A DNA stretch of 64,000 bases from an uncultured Chthonomonadaceae bacterium (GTDB taxonomy: Bacteria; Armatimonadota; Chthonomonadetes; Chthonomonadales; Chthonomonadaceae): positions 1 through 64,000 of the forward strand of contig CAWFQB010000002.1 in the NCBI GenBank assembly GCA_963817895.1, given 5' to 3'. Shown piece after piece: positions 30,273 to 42,652 of the stretch. Position 1 is the stretch's first letter; each line of letters starts with the position of its first letter. The position numbers and the translations under genes were made by a program. The notes beneath the pieces were generated by a model. The model saw only the letters and a program-made list of their open reading frames with translations. It made no database searches and was not told where the DNA came from.

Positions 30273-30630
30273 TCACTCCACAAGAGTATATTTCTCGCGT
30301 CGTCTGCCACATGCCTGTCTCACGAATTACCAATCACCAGCCACCAGCCACCAGCCACCCACTACCCTCCACCAACTAAGGGAACTTCCGCCAAAAGTGG
30401 TACGTAGGCAAAAACGACAAGGCGTTTTTACGAGGCGCGCAGAACTGCTGGAATCGGGCATATTTGTCTGATGTTGGCCGTTCCCGTTCTCGGAATCGCC
30501 TGTATTTCACACGTAAGCGAGTATAATGAGGAAAAGAGTTGCTTTCGCGGCGCGTTGCTGTTGCAGCCGCAGGCGAAACGGATTGAACATCCACTCGTTT
30601 CTTCAACCGTACTCAGGGGAGGAAACTTAA

Positions 30631-30954
30631 ATGAGTAACGCCGTTGCAGTCACATCCAGCGAATTCGATCAGCAGGTGCTGAAGTCCGAAACGCCGGTGA
30701 TTGTGGATTTCTGGGCGGTCTGGTGCGGCCCGTGCCGCATGATTGCGCCACATCTGGACGCGCTGGCAACCGAATACGCCGGCAAGGTGAAGGTCGTCAA
30801 GGTCAACATTGACGACGAGCGGGAAGTGACCGAGCGCTACGGCGTCCAGTCCATCCCCACGCTGTTCTTCTTCAAGGATGGCAAAGTGGTGGATCAGGTC
30901 GTGGGGGCCGTTCCGAAAAACGTCATCGCCAGCAAACTGGACGCCCTGCTTTAA
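30631..30954 (+). CDS. trxA: Thioredoxin
   Basis: VDFWAVWCGPC, SIPTL. Confidence 0.96.
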   Translation: MSNAVAVTSSEFDQQVLKSETPVIVDFWAVWCGPCRMIAPHLDALATEYAGKVKVVKVNIDDEREVTERYGVQSIPTLFFFKDGKVVDQVVGAVPKNVIASKLDALL

Positions 30955-31048
30955 TCAGCAGCGTTTCCGCGAAACGATGCGCCCGCCCATTCTGTGATAA
31001 TACAGAATAGGCGGGCGTAACAACATTGTCTGTCATGAGAAAGAGACT

Positions 31049-31750
31049 CTATTTACCCGTTTCCGTGTTGCCGCCTGCTGCAGCGGTCTTTGGGGCGGCT
31101 GTCAGCGCGCATTTCTTTGAGCAGAGGCACAATGCGGGGTGACGGTAAAAACGGCATCCGTGACGTAGGAGGCAAACCACTGCGCATCCGTTTTCTGCGC
31201 GTTGGCCGCCACTTTCTTCAGTTTGATTTGCGCGTCCTTGTCCAGTTTTGCCGCGATTTTGAACTGCTCCGGGGTTAGAATATCCTCCAGCGCGCCGGAC
31301 AGCAGGACGATGGTATCCTGATCCAGTTTTATGCGGCTGGTAATAAGCTGCTTTTCCGCCGCCTGCGCATACGTGTCGAACTCCGGCGGAATGGGTTCCC
31401 CTTGCAAGGCTTTCTGCTTGACATCGTGGATACGATCCGCCAGTTTGGCAAGCGTCGGTCCGGCAATCGCTTTCAGTTTTTTTGTCATACGCAGCCTGGG
31501 AAGCGGAGATAGCCGCCGCCATTTTGTCCATCTGTTCCGGCGTCAGTTTCAGCGGAATCAGCGGGCGCAGAAAATCAATGTCGTTCACATCGGCAAGCAG
31601 TTGCGCGACATCGGGTCCGGCTTTGTCCTTCTCCTGCGCTTGCGCCAGACGAGGCCCCGCCCATAAAAGAAAGCGTCAGCGCGATAATCAGCAGGAACCC
31701 GGTTCGCGTCCGCCGAATGATAAGCGTAAGCGATTCGCGGTCAGAAGCAA
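31049..31750 (-). CDS. Hypothetical exported helical protein, frameshifted, start approximate
   Basis: Signal-like stretch and coding-like fragments in ORFs 31575-31892, 31049-31588 and 31102-31488. Confidence 0.5.
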
Positions 31751-31915
31751 GCCGGGAACGCCTACCTATTCTGTACTGAATGCAGGGCCGGCAGATGATA
31801 AGCCCCATGATGAAACTCCAATCTAAATTGTTGTATGCGCGTGTATGAAAAAGATGCCGGGAAACTGAAAACCCTTGGCGGTAGTGTATCATATCCCAAA
31901 CAGGAAACGTAAGCT

Positions 31916-32411
31916 ATGCCGGAATTCTGGCCGATTATTTACGCAGACGCGCCGCCCGCAGTTTTCGCTATCTTCGCGAACAGACGCAGGGCTTGACTTC
32001 CGAACAGGCGCTTTCTTATGCGGACACAGACTGGCCGGACCAGAAATGGGGCATCGGGCAAAACGGCAGCATTGCGGGCATCGTCTATCATGTCGCAGCA
32101 TGGAAACATCTAACTCTGCCGTTGTTCCTGCCGGACGGCAAAGCGGGCGGGCGAAGGATTTTGATGCTACCGCCGCGCCCGCGCTCCGAAGACTGGCCCG
32201 CCATTGTCGCCTGGCTGGAACAAATCGGCGCGCTCTGGCTGGAACGTCTGAACCAATTGCCCGATGAAGATTTCGACGCCAAACGCGAATGGGAAGGCAA
32301 TGACAATTACCCCTTGCGGACTACGTATCAGAGATGCTGGAACACGATATTCAACATGCGGCGCAGATTGAGTACCTGCGACAGCGATTGCAGGCGCAAC
32401 GTGTTGTATAA
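31916..32411 (+). CDS. DinB/YfiT-like protein, frameshifted
   Basis: SIAGIVYHVAAW and, in a shifted frame, EHDIQHAAQIEYLR. Confidence 0.7.
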
Positions 32412-32589
32412 TACAGGAAGAACTTGCGCGTCAGGGCTGGTATCGGGTTACAGTCGCCGATTTCGCCCCATCTGTCTGTGTTTAGACGCGCCGACGGGTT
32501 TGCAAGTTACACCCTGAGCAAGCCTGCTTATCGTTTGTATTGAACGCTCTCCTTCATTTTACCTGCGCGTTTGCGTGGAGCCATTTTTT

Positions 32590-33855
32590 ATGAACAAATC
32601 GCTGTCCAATTCTCTTACACTGATATTCGCCGTCATCGGCTGCCTTGTATCCCTGCTGCTGACGTTTGGCGAACATGTTGCCAGTTCCGCCACCGGCTGT
32701 TTCAGAACGGCGAGGGCTGCGCGTCCACAACCGGGAGCGCGTACGGGCATGTCGGCCCCGTGCCTACGGCTGTCTTCGGAATTTTGATGTACGTCGCGTT
32801 CATCGCGCTCTGCGTCACGCGGGGCAAGCGCCTGCGCCTGATGCGGGACCGGGAAGCGGCGCGGGCGGCGGCGTATGCGTCTTCCGCCGTCCTCGGAATT
32901 TGAGAACGCGAACCTGAGCGACGACGAGCGGCAGGCCGTTCATACCCCGGACGTTGCGGATACGAGCAGCGGCGTTTTGTCCGGCGGCGTTTCCACGCGA
33001 ACACTGGACGCCGCGACATGGGGACTGGCGCTGCTCGGCTTCGGCATTTCCGTGTGGCTGCAATATGTCGCCATCTATCAACTGCACAGTTTCTGCAAAT
33101 ACTGCTTCGCTTCGGCAACTCTGGTCACGCTCATTTTCGCCCTCGCGTCTCGCGATTATCCTGCTCGACGGACGCAAACTGAACGGCGAGCAGAAAATGA
33201 TCGGCGGCGTGCTGGCGCTGATACTGGTGTTGGGCAGTTTCATGGTGATTCCCGATATTATGATGTATTCTCGATCATCCGCCGCCGCGCACGCCATCCG
33301 ATTCCTGATGCGCGCGGCGCGCTGACCAATTCTCTGCTGCATTTCAAAGGCAATCCCAACGCCAAATACATGCTGATCGAGTTTGCGGATTACCAGTGCG
33401 GACATTGCGCGTTGGCGGCGAAAGAGATGGACAAATTGCTGAAGTCCACGACCAAAGATATTCGCTTTGTCTTCCGCAACAACCCGTTTCCCAACCACAA
33501 GTGGGCGCATGAGGCGGCGGCAGTTGCGGAAGCCGCCGGGGAACAGGGCAAATTCTGGGAAATGCACGACCTGCTGTTCAAGCATCAGCAGGATTTGGAA
33601 GGGGCGCTGTTTACCGGCGCGGAGTTTGAAAACTACGCCCGCGAACTGCATCTCAACATCGCGAAATTCAACAAAGATCGAACGTCGGACGCCATCGAAA
33701 CACGCATTAAAGCGGATCTGGCCGCAGGCATGGTCGGTCACGTCGAATTCACGCCGACGTTCTTTTTCATCGCGCCGACGCACGTCACCAGCCTGCCCGG
33801 CACGGTAGAGTTGGGCAAATTTCTGAGCAAGCCCAACAGCAAAGAGTGGGAATAG
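32590..33855 (+). CDS. VKOR + DsbA-like thioredoxin fusion, frameshifted
   Basis: VKOR segments (GC...S.YG, FCKYC) followed by EFADYQCGHC, QGKFWEMHDLLF, FTPT. Confidence 0.8.
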
Positions 33856-33911
33856 GGTATTCGGTGTTCGGTGTTCGGATAGTGTCGCAGGCGGTTTTTG
33901 TGAGGCAAACT

Positions 33912-35045
33912 ATGGTCAAACTTTCACAGGGTTCGGGGGCGGGTTTTCAGTTACGCATGCAGGGATTCCTCTCGGTTATAGCGTTGAGCGCGGCGTTGTT
34001 TGCGCCCCGCGTCGTCCGGGCGGATCAGCCGGTGTGGGCGACCGGGCATATTCTGGACGCGCAAAACCGTCCCATGGCCGACGCGATTATCGCCGTTTAT
34101 GATGATAACAACAAAGTCGTGGATTACGCGCGAACGGATGAAAACGGTGAGTATGCCCTTGCCGTGCCACGCAACGCGCTTCACCTGCAGGAGCATCACT
34201 CGCCCGGATTTTTCGCGGAAGTGTTCGGCGGCGTGACGCGGTTTGTGGGCAGCACAGTAGGATTTGTCGCCAATCCCCTGCGTTCCGGGGTGAAAGCCAT
34301 CACGTCCGCCGAGGCCGCGAACTTTACCGGCCCCCTGACCAAAGGCGGCATCGCGGTTGGCGGCGCAGTGGTGGATCAGGCGCTATTCGCCGTCAGTCCC
34401 AAACCCAGACGCCCCGTAGATTTGGAAGCCCGGAAAATGCCGGGTTCCTTATTCATCAAGGTCATCGCCCCGCAGCGCAACGATCTTGTCGGCGTCACTC
34501 GCGTGCTACTGGGTGCAAAAAGAGACATTCAAGGCGCATGGCAGGCAGACGAGACTTTAGCCGCCTGGCTTGACCCGGTGCAATTGACTCCCGCAGATTC
34601 GGACAAGCCCTCCACGTTTCAATCCACCTATTTTAACTTTACGTCCGCCCGTTTGGAGCCGAGTTTGGCGCAGCCGGGCGCTGTCGTTCGTATTATGGCT
34701 ATGCTGCAAACGCCGCCCGAACCCGCCGCGCATGTGATTGTGGTCGCGCAAAACAACCGCACGGGGCAGAAGTGGGAGTTGCAGCCGGTCGGGAATGGCC
34801 GCTATCAGGCGGAATTTGTGGTGGACAAACATGCCCCGCATGACGATCACAACATTACCATTCTGGCCTACGCCGCCAGTGAATTGAAGCCGGGGCGCCG
34901 CCCGGATGTGGAAAAAGGCATCGAAGGCGCGGGAATGTGGAACTCCAAAAAGCCTTATATCTACAATCCCCTGCTGGCCGTCAGCCGCAACCGCGCCCAA
35001 CTCGCGCTGACGATTCTGGGACCGAGCAAGCATAATAAAGATTAG
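33912..35045 (+). CDS. Secreted protein with carboxypeptidase-regulatory-like N-terminal domain
   Basis: Signal peptide; GHILDAQNRPMADA...RTDENGEY. Confidence 0.6.
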   Translation: MVKLSQGSGAGFQLRMQGFLSVIALSAALFAPRVVRADQPVWATGHILDAQNRPMADAIIAVYDDNNKVVDYARTDENGEYALAVPRNALHLQEHHSPGFFAEVFGGVTRFVGSTVGFVANPLRSGVKAITSAEAANFTGPLTKGGIAVGGAVVDQALFAVSPKPRRPVDLEARKMPGSLFIKVIAPQRNDLVGVTRVLLGAKRDIQGAWQADETLAAWLDPVQLTPADSDKPSTFQSTYFNFTSARLEPSLAQPGAVVRIMAMLQTPPEPAAHVIVVAQNNRTGQKWELQPVGNGRYQAEFVVDKHAPHDDHNITILAYAASELKPGRRPDVEKGIEGAGMWNSKKPYIYNPLLAVSRNRAQLALTILGPSKHNKD

Positions 35046-35076
35046 TTGCCCTCAACCCCCTCCTAGTTTGAATATA

Positions 35077-35258
35077 CCTCACCCCCGGCCCCTCTCCTGG
35101 CCGCGCAACGCGCCAGGAGAGGGGAGACGCTTTCATTGGACGAGATGAACGAAGTTCGTAATGAACTTCGCTCTTAACGATGAAGGAGGGGAGCGGGTAA
35201 CTTCAATTAGCCCCTCTCCTAGCGCGTTGCGCGGCCAGGAGAGGGGCCGGGGGTGAGG
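35077..35258. repeat. Inverted pair of CCTCACCCC...CCCCTCTCC/GGAGAGGGG hairpin repeats
   Basis: Copies at 35077-35133 and 35211-35258; relatives at 13107, 22817, 49953, 50217 and 61966. Confidence 0.85.
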
Positions 35259-35288
35259 TGTATGAGTGAATAAGGACATAATAGGTTT

Positions 35289-36887
35289 ATGATTGTCGAA
35301 GTGGACTATCTCGTGATCGGGAGCGGGTTGGCGGGGCTGACGTTCGCGCTGAATGTGGCTCCCAACAAACGTGTCGCGCTGCTGACCAAAAAGACGCGGG
35401 CGGACGCCAACAGCAGTTGGGCGCAGGGCGGGATCGCGGGCGTCCTTGCCGACAACGACAGTTTCGCGCTGCATGTGCAGGATACCCTTGTCGCGGGCGC
35501 GGGATTGTGCCATGAGGACGCGGTAGAGATTCTGGTGCGCGAAGGGCCGGAGCGCATCCGCGAACTGATGGACATGGGCGCGCAGTTCAACATGGAAACC
35601 GATGATGAGGGGCAGGAGGTGCTTTCGCTTGGGCGCGAGGGCGGCCATTCGCGCAACCGTATCGTGCATACCGCCGATTACACGGGTTGGGAGTGTGAGC
35701 GAACCCTGCTGGAAGCCGTGAAATCCTGTCCCCAAATCGAGGTGCTGGAACACTATTTCGTGACGGATTTGGCCCTTGAAGACGGCCCGAATGGAACTGT
35801 TTGCGTGGGGGCATATGCGCTTAACGGCGAAACAGGTGAACAGACTACCTTTCGCGCCCGCGCTACGCTACTGGCAACCGGAGGCTGCGGACACGTTTAC
35901 CAGCATACCACTAACCCGCTTGTAGCAACGGGCGACGGCGTGGCGATGGCGTGGCGGGCGGGCGCGATTGTGGGCAACATGGAATTTATTCAGTTCCACC
36001 CGACCACGCTGTACCATCCCGCCGCCCGCGCCTTTCTGATTACGGAAGCCCTGCGCGGCGACGGCGGCATTTTGCAGCATGGCGACGGCGAGCAGTTCAT
36101 GGAGCGGTATCATCCCCTGCGCGAACTGGCCCCGCGCGACATCGTAGCCCGCGCTATCGTGGCCGAATTGAAGCGGCGCAACGTGCCGTGCGTGTATCTT
36201 AACGTCACGCATCTTGCCCCCGAACATCTCCGTTCCCATTTCCCCACTGTGTATGAGAAATGCCTGAGCGTGGGCATTGACATTACCCGTGATCCTATTC
36301 CCATTGTACCCGCGCAGCATTACCAGTGCGGCGGCGTGGTCACGGACTTGAACGGAGCCACCAACATTACACACCTGTACGCGGCGGGCGAAGTAGCCTG
36401 CACGGGCGTGCATGGGGCGAACCGGCTCGCCTCCAATTCCCTGCTCGAAGCGATGGTGTACGGCTATCGCGCCGCCCATCACGCCCTGCAATCTCCGAAC
36501 GAAAAAGCCCCTGTGTGGCAAGCCGATCCGGTTGATTTGACCGGAAACGTTGCTTCCGCGTCTATTTGTAATGCTGACATGATTTCTCACATCCGCGAAC
36601 TGGTTCAAAAAACCATGCAGCAGGACGTAGGAATTATGCGGACGACGGCGGAACTGCAAGCGGCGCAGGCTGTTCTTCAGGAGTGTCTTGCTCTGATTGG
36701 TTCCACTCCCCTCCCCACCCCCGAAGCGTGGGAAGTTCTCAATATCGCGCAGGTCGGCGCGCTAATCATCGAATCCGCCCTGCGCCGCCACGAAAGTCGC
36801 GGCCTGCACTTCACCCGCGATTTCCCCGAATCTCTTGACAATGAACGACATGATACTATGTTGTTAAAAGGAGCGTTATGTCAATGA
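35289..36887 (+). CDS. nadB: L-aspartate oxidase
   Basis: IGSGLAG, SSWAQGGIA, REGGHS..RIVH, QFHPT, GVHGANRLASNSLLE. Confidence 0.96.
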   Translation: MIVEVDYLVIGSGLAGLTFALNVAPNKRVALLTKKTRADANSSWAQGGIAGVLADNDSFALHVQDTLVAGAGLCHEDAVEILVREGPERIRELMDMGAQFNMETDDEGQEVLSLGREGGHSRNRIVHTADYTGWECERTLLEAVKSCPQIEVLEHYFVTDLALEDGPNGTVCVGAYALNGETGEQTTFRARATLLATGGCGHVYQHTTNPLVATGDGVAMAWRAGAIVGNMEFIQFHPTTLYHPAARAFLITEALRGDGGILQHGDGEQFMERYHPLRELAPRDIVARAIVAELKRRNVPCVYLNVTHLAPEHLRSHFPTVYEKCLSVGIDITRDPIPIVPAQHYQCGGVVTDLNGATNITHLYAAGEVACTGVHGANRLASNSLLEAMVYGYRAAHHALQSPNEKAPVWQADPVDLTGNVASASICNADMISHIRELVQKTMQQDVGIMRTTAELQAAQAVLQECLALIGSTPLPTPEAWEVLNIAQVGALIIESALRRHESRGLHFTRDFPESLDNERHDTMLLKGALCQ

Positions 36888-37207
36888 TTACCCTGAATGG
36901 CGAGTTTTATCTGAAAGGCATAGATGGTGATCCAGTCGTTTTTATTGCTGCCAATGACCAACCCCGCCTGCTGCAATGGTGGAATGACAACAGCATATTC
37001 ACGCAACTTTTTTATCATCCTTACCCAACTACTAAGGTTTCTACTCCGACCATTTACTTTGCAAAAAGCCTCATTGGTCAGTTACAAGAAGGCGATAAGG
37101 TCACTATCACTATTAACCAAAGTTGCTACCCTGATTTCTCAATCTCGAAGGTTTGGCGCAAAATGCCACTTTCAGAACGCTGCTATCTCAAAAACGGTTT
37201 AAGGTAG
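36878..37207 (+). CDS. Hypothetical protein, AT-rich
   Basis: RBS AAGGAG and overlap with the nadB stop; no recognisable family. Confidence 0.45.
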   Translation: MSMITLNGEFYLKGIDGDPVVFIAANDQPRLLQWWNDNSIFTQLFYHPYPTTKVSTPTIYFAKSLIGQLQEGDKVTITINQSCYPDFSISKVWRKMPLSERCYLKNGLR

Positions 37208-37331
37208 CAACTTGGGTTATTAATCTACGTCCTGAGAGTCGTGGAAATGGGATAAAGACTCTAAGTGTCTTATACGCCTCGCCAACACGAAAAGCCTCGT
37301 AGTCCGTCAAGGTAGAACGTATGGAAACACC

Positions 37332-37411
37332 GTAGGGGTTCTGCTTGCTGAACCCTCCTCAAACAAGGCACAGCAACCGTTCGCAGAGTGCGCAGCAAGC
37401 AGTGCCCCTAC
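37332..37411. repeat. GTAG-type REP doublet, intact
   Basis: GTAGGGGTTCTGCTTGCTGAACCCT...GCGCAGCAAGCAGTGCCCCTAC. Confidence 0.8.
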
Positions 37412-37528
37412 CCTCGCCTTCTATCTTGATGGTGTGCTACAAATTCTCCTCACCTAACAACTAACAACCTAACAACTATCCTTTCCTCCTCAACATGTCT
37501 CTAGTACGTGGAAGGAGCGGGAAGCGGC

Positions 37529-38254
37529 ATGGCGATTGCGCGGCGGTTACAATATCTCAGCGATGCGGAAGTGGTCAGTCTGGCGCAGATGGGCAGTCTG
37601 GAAGCCTGTGACGAACTGGTGTTGCGGTTCCGAAACGCCGCTGTGCTTGTCGCGATGCAGATTGTGGACTGTAGGGAAACCGCGCATGATGTGGCGCAGG
37701 AGGCGTTTCTGCTGGCCTTTCGCGCCCTGCCGAACCTACAGGAACCGGGCAAGTTCGCGGGCTGGCTTCATGCCATTACCCGCAACCATGCGCGGCGAGT
37801 AGGAGCGCGGAACAAACGCCAATCGCCAACCGAATCGGACAATCTGGAACTGCTGCTGACCCAACAGCAGGAGCCTGCAACGGGCGAACCGCTGGAACAG
37901 ATACTGGAAGCGGAGCGCGAAACGGCTATTCGTAACCTGTTGTCCGATTTACAGCCGGATATTCAGATGGCGATGCGCCTGTTCTATTATGAGCAATGGC
38001 CCGCCGGTCGGATTGCCGACTTCCTTGCCCTTCCTCTCACTACGGTAAAATGGCGGCTGCATGAGGGACGCCGACGGCTTGCGCCCCGCCTTGCCGAACT
38101 CTTGGAGAAGGAGAAACCCGATGCCCGAACGCAACCCAAAACAGGAAATCAGAAGAATCCGCAACCTGCTGCTGAAAATGGCGGAAACATCCGAAAAGTC
38201 GGAACTGACCGGCAGCTTCGAGGGCGGAATCCGCAACTATGTGAAACGCTATAA
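37529..38254 (+). CDS. ECF sigma-70 factor
   Basis: DVAQEAFL, KFAGWLHAITRN (region 2), IADFLALPLTTVKWRLHEGR (region 4). Confidence 0.92.
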   Translation: MAIARRLQYLSDAEVVSLAQMGSLEACDELVLRFRNAAVLVAMQIVDCRETAHDVAQEAFLLAFRALPNLQEPGKFAGWLHAITRNHARRVGARNKRQSPTESDNLELLLTQQQEPATGEPLEQILEAERETAIRNLLSDLQPDIQMAMRLFYYEQWPAGRIADFLALPLTTVKWRLHEGRRRLAPRLAELLEKEKPDARTQPKTGNQKNPQPAAENGGNIRKVGTDRQLRGRNPQLCETL

Positions 38255-38960
38255 CGCGATTGTGGAGCATCTGGAAGAGGAAGACATCGTACCCGAAGAC
38301 CTGTTTTCCGAACTGGATGAGGACGAAACCAATTTCGGGCAGTTGGGCGCGGAAGCCACCCTGCTGGCCGACTACATCAGCGAAGACGCGGAAGAATCGC
38401 CCAAAGAAAACGCCAAGCGGGAACAGAAGGAGGGATTGGGGCCATTAGTCGCCCTTGCGCCGTTCCTCGGCTCGTCGGAATTGTCGAAACTGGTGCGCGA
38501 ACGTTTGGGCGTGACCGTCACCGTCTCGTCGGATCAGCCCACGCCGCCGAAGCCGCCCGTGCCTCCCGTACCGCCTGTACCGCCACACGGAACGACACCG
38601 CCTGCGCCGTCACAGGGCCCGGATTTGAGTACCATTGTCGTGCTGGCTCCGTTTCTGGATGCGGAAGCCGTCAGCCAGATGGTCTTTGCCGCCGTGTCTC
38701 AGCGCAAAGTCAGCGATCCCAACGCTCTGGTCGCGCTGGCGCCCTTTATGGACAAAGCCGATTTCAGCCGTCTGGTGCGCGAGCAACTCCCCGGCTGGTT
38801 TGGCGCGCAGCCCAACGCGCCTAACGCGGAAAACACGCCTGAACCGCAACCGCCCACTTCCGGCGGTTCCAGTTCCTCGTGGTCCACGCTGCCGGATTCC
38901 AACGCCGACAAGTGGCCCACGCCGCCAACGCCGCCCACCCCTCCCAACGAACTGCGCTGA
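38121..38960 (+). CDS. Hypothetical protein with three LAPF repeats and Pro-rich linkers
   Basis: RBS AAGGAG; LVALAPFL, IVVLAPFL, LVALAPFM. Confidence 0.7.
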   Translation: MPERNPKQEIRRIRNLLLKMAETSEKSELTGSFEGGIRNYVKRYNAIVEHLEEEDIVPEDLFSELDEDETNFGQLGAEATLLADYISEDAEESPKENAKREQKEGLGPLVALAPFLGSSELSKLVRERLGVTVTVSSDQPTPPKPPVPPVPPVPPHGTTPPAPSQGPDLSTIVVLAPFLDAEAVSQMVFAAVSQRKVSDPNALVALAPFMDKADFSRLVREQLPGWFGAQPNAPNAENTPEPQPPTSGGSSSSWSTLPDSNADKWPTPPTPPTPPNELR

Positions 38961-39097
38961 CAGCTTGACTTGCAACCCTATCGGTCAATAGAAACGGCGA
39001 CGCTTTTCCAGTCGAAAGCGTCGCCGTTTTATGGCTCAGGCAAACACCTTCAAGCCTTACTGAAGGTTATTCATGAAAGTTTAAGCGTAGATGTTTG

Positions 39098-40209
39098 TCA
39101 AACTGGGAATTCGATCACAACGTTTGCGCCGCCTTCCGGGCGGTTCTCATATCTGATTCGTCCACTCAGGTCAATACGAACAATGTGGCCCACAAGATCA
39201 AGCCCGATGCTGGAGTCGATCAACGGGTCAAATGTCGCTTTAAACCCCGGCCCATCATCACACACCTGAAGTGTTACCATCTCCTCATCCGCAGTGAGGG
39301 TCACGATCACGCTGCCCGCGCTATATTTCAGGGCATTGGTGCAGATTTCATTCGCAACCAGCGCCAAAGCCGTCACCTGCTTGCCCGTCAGGCGCACAGG
39401 CGCGAGTTGGTGTTTGAGGAGTTTCTGCCCTGCGGTGTTTTGCAGCAATGCCAGCAGTTTTTCCAAAACAACATCTGCGGGTACTGTTACCGACGGCCCT
39501 TCCGGGGTCACTTCATGGGTGAGAAGGTCATGCACTTCCGCCAAAGCCCGCACATGGGCGACAATCTGTTGAACTTCCTCGACAGGAAGAGTGCCTTCAT
39601 GTTCCGCCGCCTGCATCTCTACCAGAGCGGCGACCATGTGAAGATTGTTCTTTGTTCGGTGCAGCCCGTCGCGAATGCCGCGCTGCAACCGCGCGTTCAG
39701 CGCTTCAATATGCTCCTGCGCCTGCTTACGGGCCGTAAAATCGCGTAAAATTTTGATGTATCCACATAGCAAGCCCGCATCATCGCGCAGGCCGGTCATA
39801 ATGCCGCTTGCCCACAGGCGCGTGCCATCCTGCCGCTGATGCCAGCGCTCATCCTCCGCCCGCCCTGTGGCCGCCGCCGTTTTCAACTCACCGGCAGACG
39901 TGTCCCGCGCCTCGTCTTCGGGCGTAAAAATGAGGGCAATGGGGCGTCCCAGCGCCTCATCCTCATGTAGCCCAGAATACGCTCGGCCCCGGTGTTCCAG
40001 GCCACAATGCAGCCTTCAATATCCAGAACAATAATGGCGAAGTCACGCACGTTGTCTTCAATGAGGCGAAGGCGCTCCTCGCTGTTCATCAGCGTGGCAA
40101 TGCTTTGCAGGTGTTCAGAGTTTTTCAGAGGAGATGGGCGCGCGTTTTGGTTGGATACACTCGCGTACCGCGTGACCGCCGCGTGTTCATTATTCATGGT
40201 GTTTATCAT
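39098..40209 (-). CDS. PAS-domain sensor histidine kinase (HisKA_2/HWE type), frameshift near 39965
   Basis: WNTGAERILGY PAS, HRTKNNL, NEICTNALKY, DDGPGF, IGLDLV. Confidence 0.88.
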
Positions 40210-40490
40210 ACAAACTCCTGGCAAGCGCAACGCTCAGGTTGTTGAAATAGATACATTAAGATGATGGCTGCGTCAGAGGCAGAAAAGAAAAAGCGCAGGA
40301 GCAGGGCGGGGCAGATACAATGGATACGCAGAGTTGCCGAATATTAAATGTTCGGCAGAAAACATTCAAAAATATAGCGCAACGCATCGGATTTCTCAGG
40401 TAATCATACCATAGAATCAGACCCGGCGCAGGATTAATTTGTTATCTACACTTTTAATGCGTCACTATCTGGCATGGTATAATACTTTGA

Positions 40491-41749
<1,259 letters not shown>

Positions 41750-41779
41750 AGAATACACGACATTATCGCTGAAGACCGC

Positions 41780-42583
41780 GTGGCCGTGCCTGTGGATCAG
41801 CTCAACGTTCCCGTAAAGACAGACAATGACCGTTCACGCAATGGACGGCATGAGACTGTGCCTGTCAAAGAGGGTTCCAAAGAGGCTGCCAACGCGGTTC
41901 AGGCGGCAGAACAGGCCGCGCCCCGCCCGGTCACGTACCGCGACGTTCGCAGCAATCCCAAAATCCGCGCCTACATCGAAAAAGCCAACGAGCAGATGCT
42001 GGAAATCGGCTACAGCGAACACGGCCTGCGCCACGCCGCCCTGTCCGCCGCCATTGCCCGCAATATTCTGCTCGAACTCGGCATGGAACCGCGCGTAACC
42101 GAACTTGCCGCCATTGCCGGGTATATGCACGACATCGGCAACTGTGTCCACCGCATCTACCACCCGCAAATCGGCGCGACAATGGCGATGCAGTTGCTCG
42201 ACCAGATGGGCATGGACGCGCGGGAAATCGGAACCGTGCTGGGCGCTATCGGCAACCACGAGGAACCGGAAGGCGTTCCCATCAACGCCGTCACCGCTGC
42301 CGTAATTATCGCCGACAAGTCCGACGTTCACTTTACGCGCGTGCAAAACCCCGATCCGACGACCTACGACATCCATGACCGCGTGAACCATGCCGTGCAG
42401 AAATCGCACATTATGATTGACCGCGAAGCCAAAATCATCACGCTCGACTTGATCATTGACGTGAAGGAGGCGACCGTGATGGAATACTTCGAGATATTCG
42501 TGATTCGCATGAGGCTGTGCCGCCACGCCGCCGCCAAACTCGGCTGCCAGTTCCGCCTCATCATCAACGGCACAGAACTATAA
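41780..42583 (+). CDS. HD-domain phosphohydrolase
   Basis: EHGLRH, YMHDIGN, GNHEE, IIADKSD. Confidence 0.85.
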   Translation: MAVPVDQLNVPVKTDNDRSRNGRHETVPVKEGSKEAANAVQAAEQAAPRPVTYRDVRSNPKIRAYIEKANEQMLEIGYSEHGLRHAALSAAIARNILLELGMEPRVTELAAIAGYMHDIGNCVHRIYHPQIGATMAMQLLDQMGMDAREIGTVLGAIGNHEEPEGVPINAVTAAVIIADKSDVHFTRVQNPDPTTYDIHDRVNHAVQKSHIMIDREAKIITLDLIIDVKEATVMEYFEIFVIRMRLCRHAAAKLGCQFRLIINGTEL

Positions 42584-42652
42584 AAACCAGCAGGAGTTTT
42601 CTCCGTTCTTGTGTAATATTGGCGGTAACGCTAAACTTTGAGGACAACTGCC

